IMG/VR virus record: IMGVR_UViG_3300014969_000019
Span: 3,145 to 67,144 of that record
Direction: 5' to 3' (one strand)
Length of the DNA stretch: 64,000 nucleotides
Origin: a virus
Taxonomy: Duplodnaviria; Caudoviricetes
Position 1 is the stretch's first letter, and the number at the start of each line of letters is the position of its first letter. The notes beneath the pieces were generated by a model. It was not told the origin of the DNA. It did not search any database and worked only from the letters and a program-made list of their open reading frames with translations. Shown here piece after piece: positions 63,165 to 64,000 of the stretch. The position numbers and the translations under genes are program-made.

Positions 63165-63183
63165 TTCATGCCCAGGGGAGAGC

Positions 63184-63348
63184 ATGCAGCGGCCGCCATG
63201 GTGGTACTGGCTGCAGTGGAGGGACCTCGTCCCAGTGCTCATCTCGATGCTGGTTCTGGTCGGGTTTCTGAGCGTCTCGACCTGGCTGTTCGGTCAGTCA
63301 GTGGTGCTGGTGCTGAACCACATCCGGAAGGCCTGGGACCACCCATAG
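63184..63348 (+). CDS. Small membrane protein
   Basis: MQRPPWWYWLQWRDLVPVLISMLVLVGFL; RBS ggggag. Confidence 0.55.
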   Translation: MQRPPWWYWLQWRDLVPVLISMLVLVGFLSVSTWLFGQSVVLVLNHIRKAWDHP

Positions 63349-63726
63349 ATGCGGGTTCCGAGGAGTGTCGAACAGGAGTACGTTCTCAGGATGCCGACGG
63401 TCTGGATGCGCTACGAGTCCAGATACCGCACGAGGTTCCACCGGTCTCCAGACTGTCGTCAGCTGACCAAGAAGCCGGCTCGCGGCGAGGGGTTACCTCT
63501 CATCGCCGTGGACCTGGAAGAGGTCGACGCCCGGCCCTGCGCGACCTGCTACCCGGACGCTCCTCGGATCAAGGTGCTCCACCGCTACTGCGACATCTGT
63601 GACTCGCCGTACCCCTGCGAGCACAACGGCGGGGTCCTGATCCTCGACCGTGCCGGCCGGCGCTACTGGGTCTGGCCGGACACCAACTCGATGCCGCTCT
63701 ACCGGCGTCGTCTGGTGTCATCTTAG
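63349..63726 (+). CDS. Cys/His-rich (Zn-binding) hypothetical protein
   Basis: FHRSPDC...PCATC...CDICDSPYPCEHNGGV. Confidence 0.7.
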   Translation: MRVPRSVEQEYVLRMPTVWMRYESRYRTRFHRSPDCRQLTKKPARGEGLPLIAVDLEEVDARPCATCYPDAPRIKVLHRYCDICDSPYPCEHNGGVLILDRAGRRYWVWPDTNSMPLYRRRLVSS

Positions 63727-63794
63727 TCACTGCAGTCATTGCATCTACCACATTCACTGCATAGTGTGTGGGAACGTCAACTGCTGGAGGGTTC

Positions 63795-64000
63795 GTGCCA
63801 CTGTCGTCAGAGGGATTGTTGATCAGCGCACTCCTGAACACCGAGTCAGTCGGGGAGGAGGTGAAGTACGGGATCACTGCCGGTCTCTTCGAGGGGTACA
63901 GCGATGAGTACAACTGGCTGACCAACTACATCGAGACCTACGGCTGCCAGCCCACCCGGGACATCTTCAGCCACAAGTTCCCGGGGTTCGTCTTCTCCGA
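63795..64000 (+). CDS. N-terminus of probable DnaB-like replicative helicase (3' truncated)
   Basis: GTG after ggaggg; SEGLLISALL...GI...LFEGY..EYNWL.NY...YG..PT...F..KFPGF resembles actinophage helicase N-termini; catalytic motifs lie outside the window. Confidence 0.5.
   Translation, partial: MPLSSEGLLISALLNTESVGEEVKYGITAGLFEGYSDEYNWLTNYIETYGCQPTRDIFSHKFPGFVFS

Noticed and set aside
1-64000. Integrase, repressor, DNA polymerase, DGR reverse transcriptase, introns/inteins
   Set aside because: No diagnostic motifs seen in the window. Replication genes appear to start at the right edge, so lifestyle cannot be determined from this window.

Overview
The window is most of the genome of a high-GC tailed dsDNA phage with siphovirus-type gene content and an actinobacteriophage-like layout. 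The host is inferred to be an actinomycete but is not identified. Positions 1-39.8 kb are a rightward virion operon: terS (cut by the left edge), a tail-fibre/minor-tail plus lysis cassette lying between terS and terL, then terL, portal, a 1220-aa head-associated protein, MuF, an XkdF-type prohead protease, scaffold, decoration protein, major capsid, head-tail genes, major tail, frameshifted tail chaperones, tape measure and minor tail genes. Positions 40.5-62 kb are a leftward accessory arm of about 45 mostly small genes, including an AAA+ ATPase. After 62.3 kb genes run rightward again, ending in the start of a probable DnaB-like helicase. I saw no integrase, tRNA, rRNA or CRISPR array. The strongest unexplained signal is nine unrelated ORFs scattered through the structural operon that share the peptide tag SAFG[VI][DE]HG[ED][VI]SK. 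The tag is conserved at the protein level and ends in a hydrophobic-x-Lys|Ala/Ser motif that also punctuates the scaffold, protease, MuF and the giant head protein. I infer a capsid-targeting and protease-release system that loads basic, glycine-zipper peptides into the virion. Other leading candidates are an apparently split prohead protease, a ~480-nt array of 11 back-to-back hairpins (candidate ncRNA), a small protein ending in VGG coupled to a Cys-containing partner, and a Cys-to-Ser NlpC/P60 paralog of the endolysin. All family assignments are from motif recognition by eye; no searches were run.
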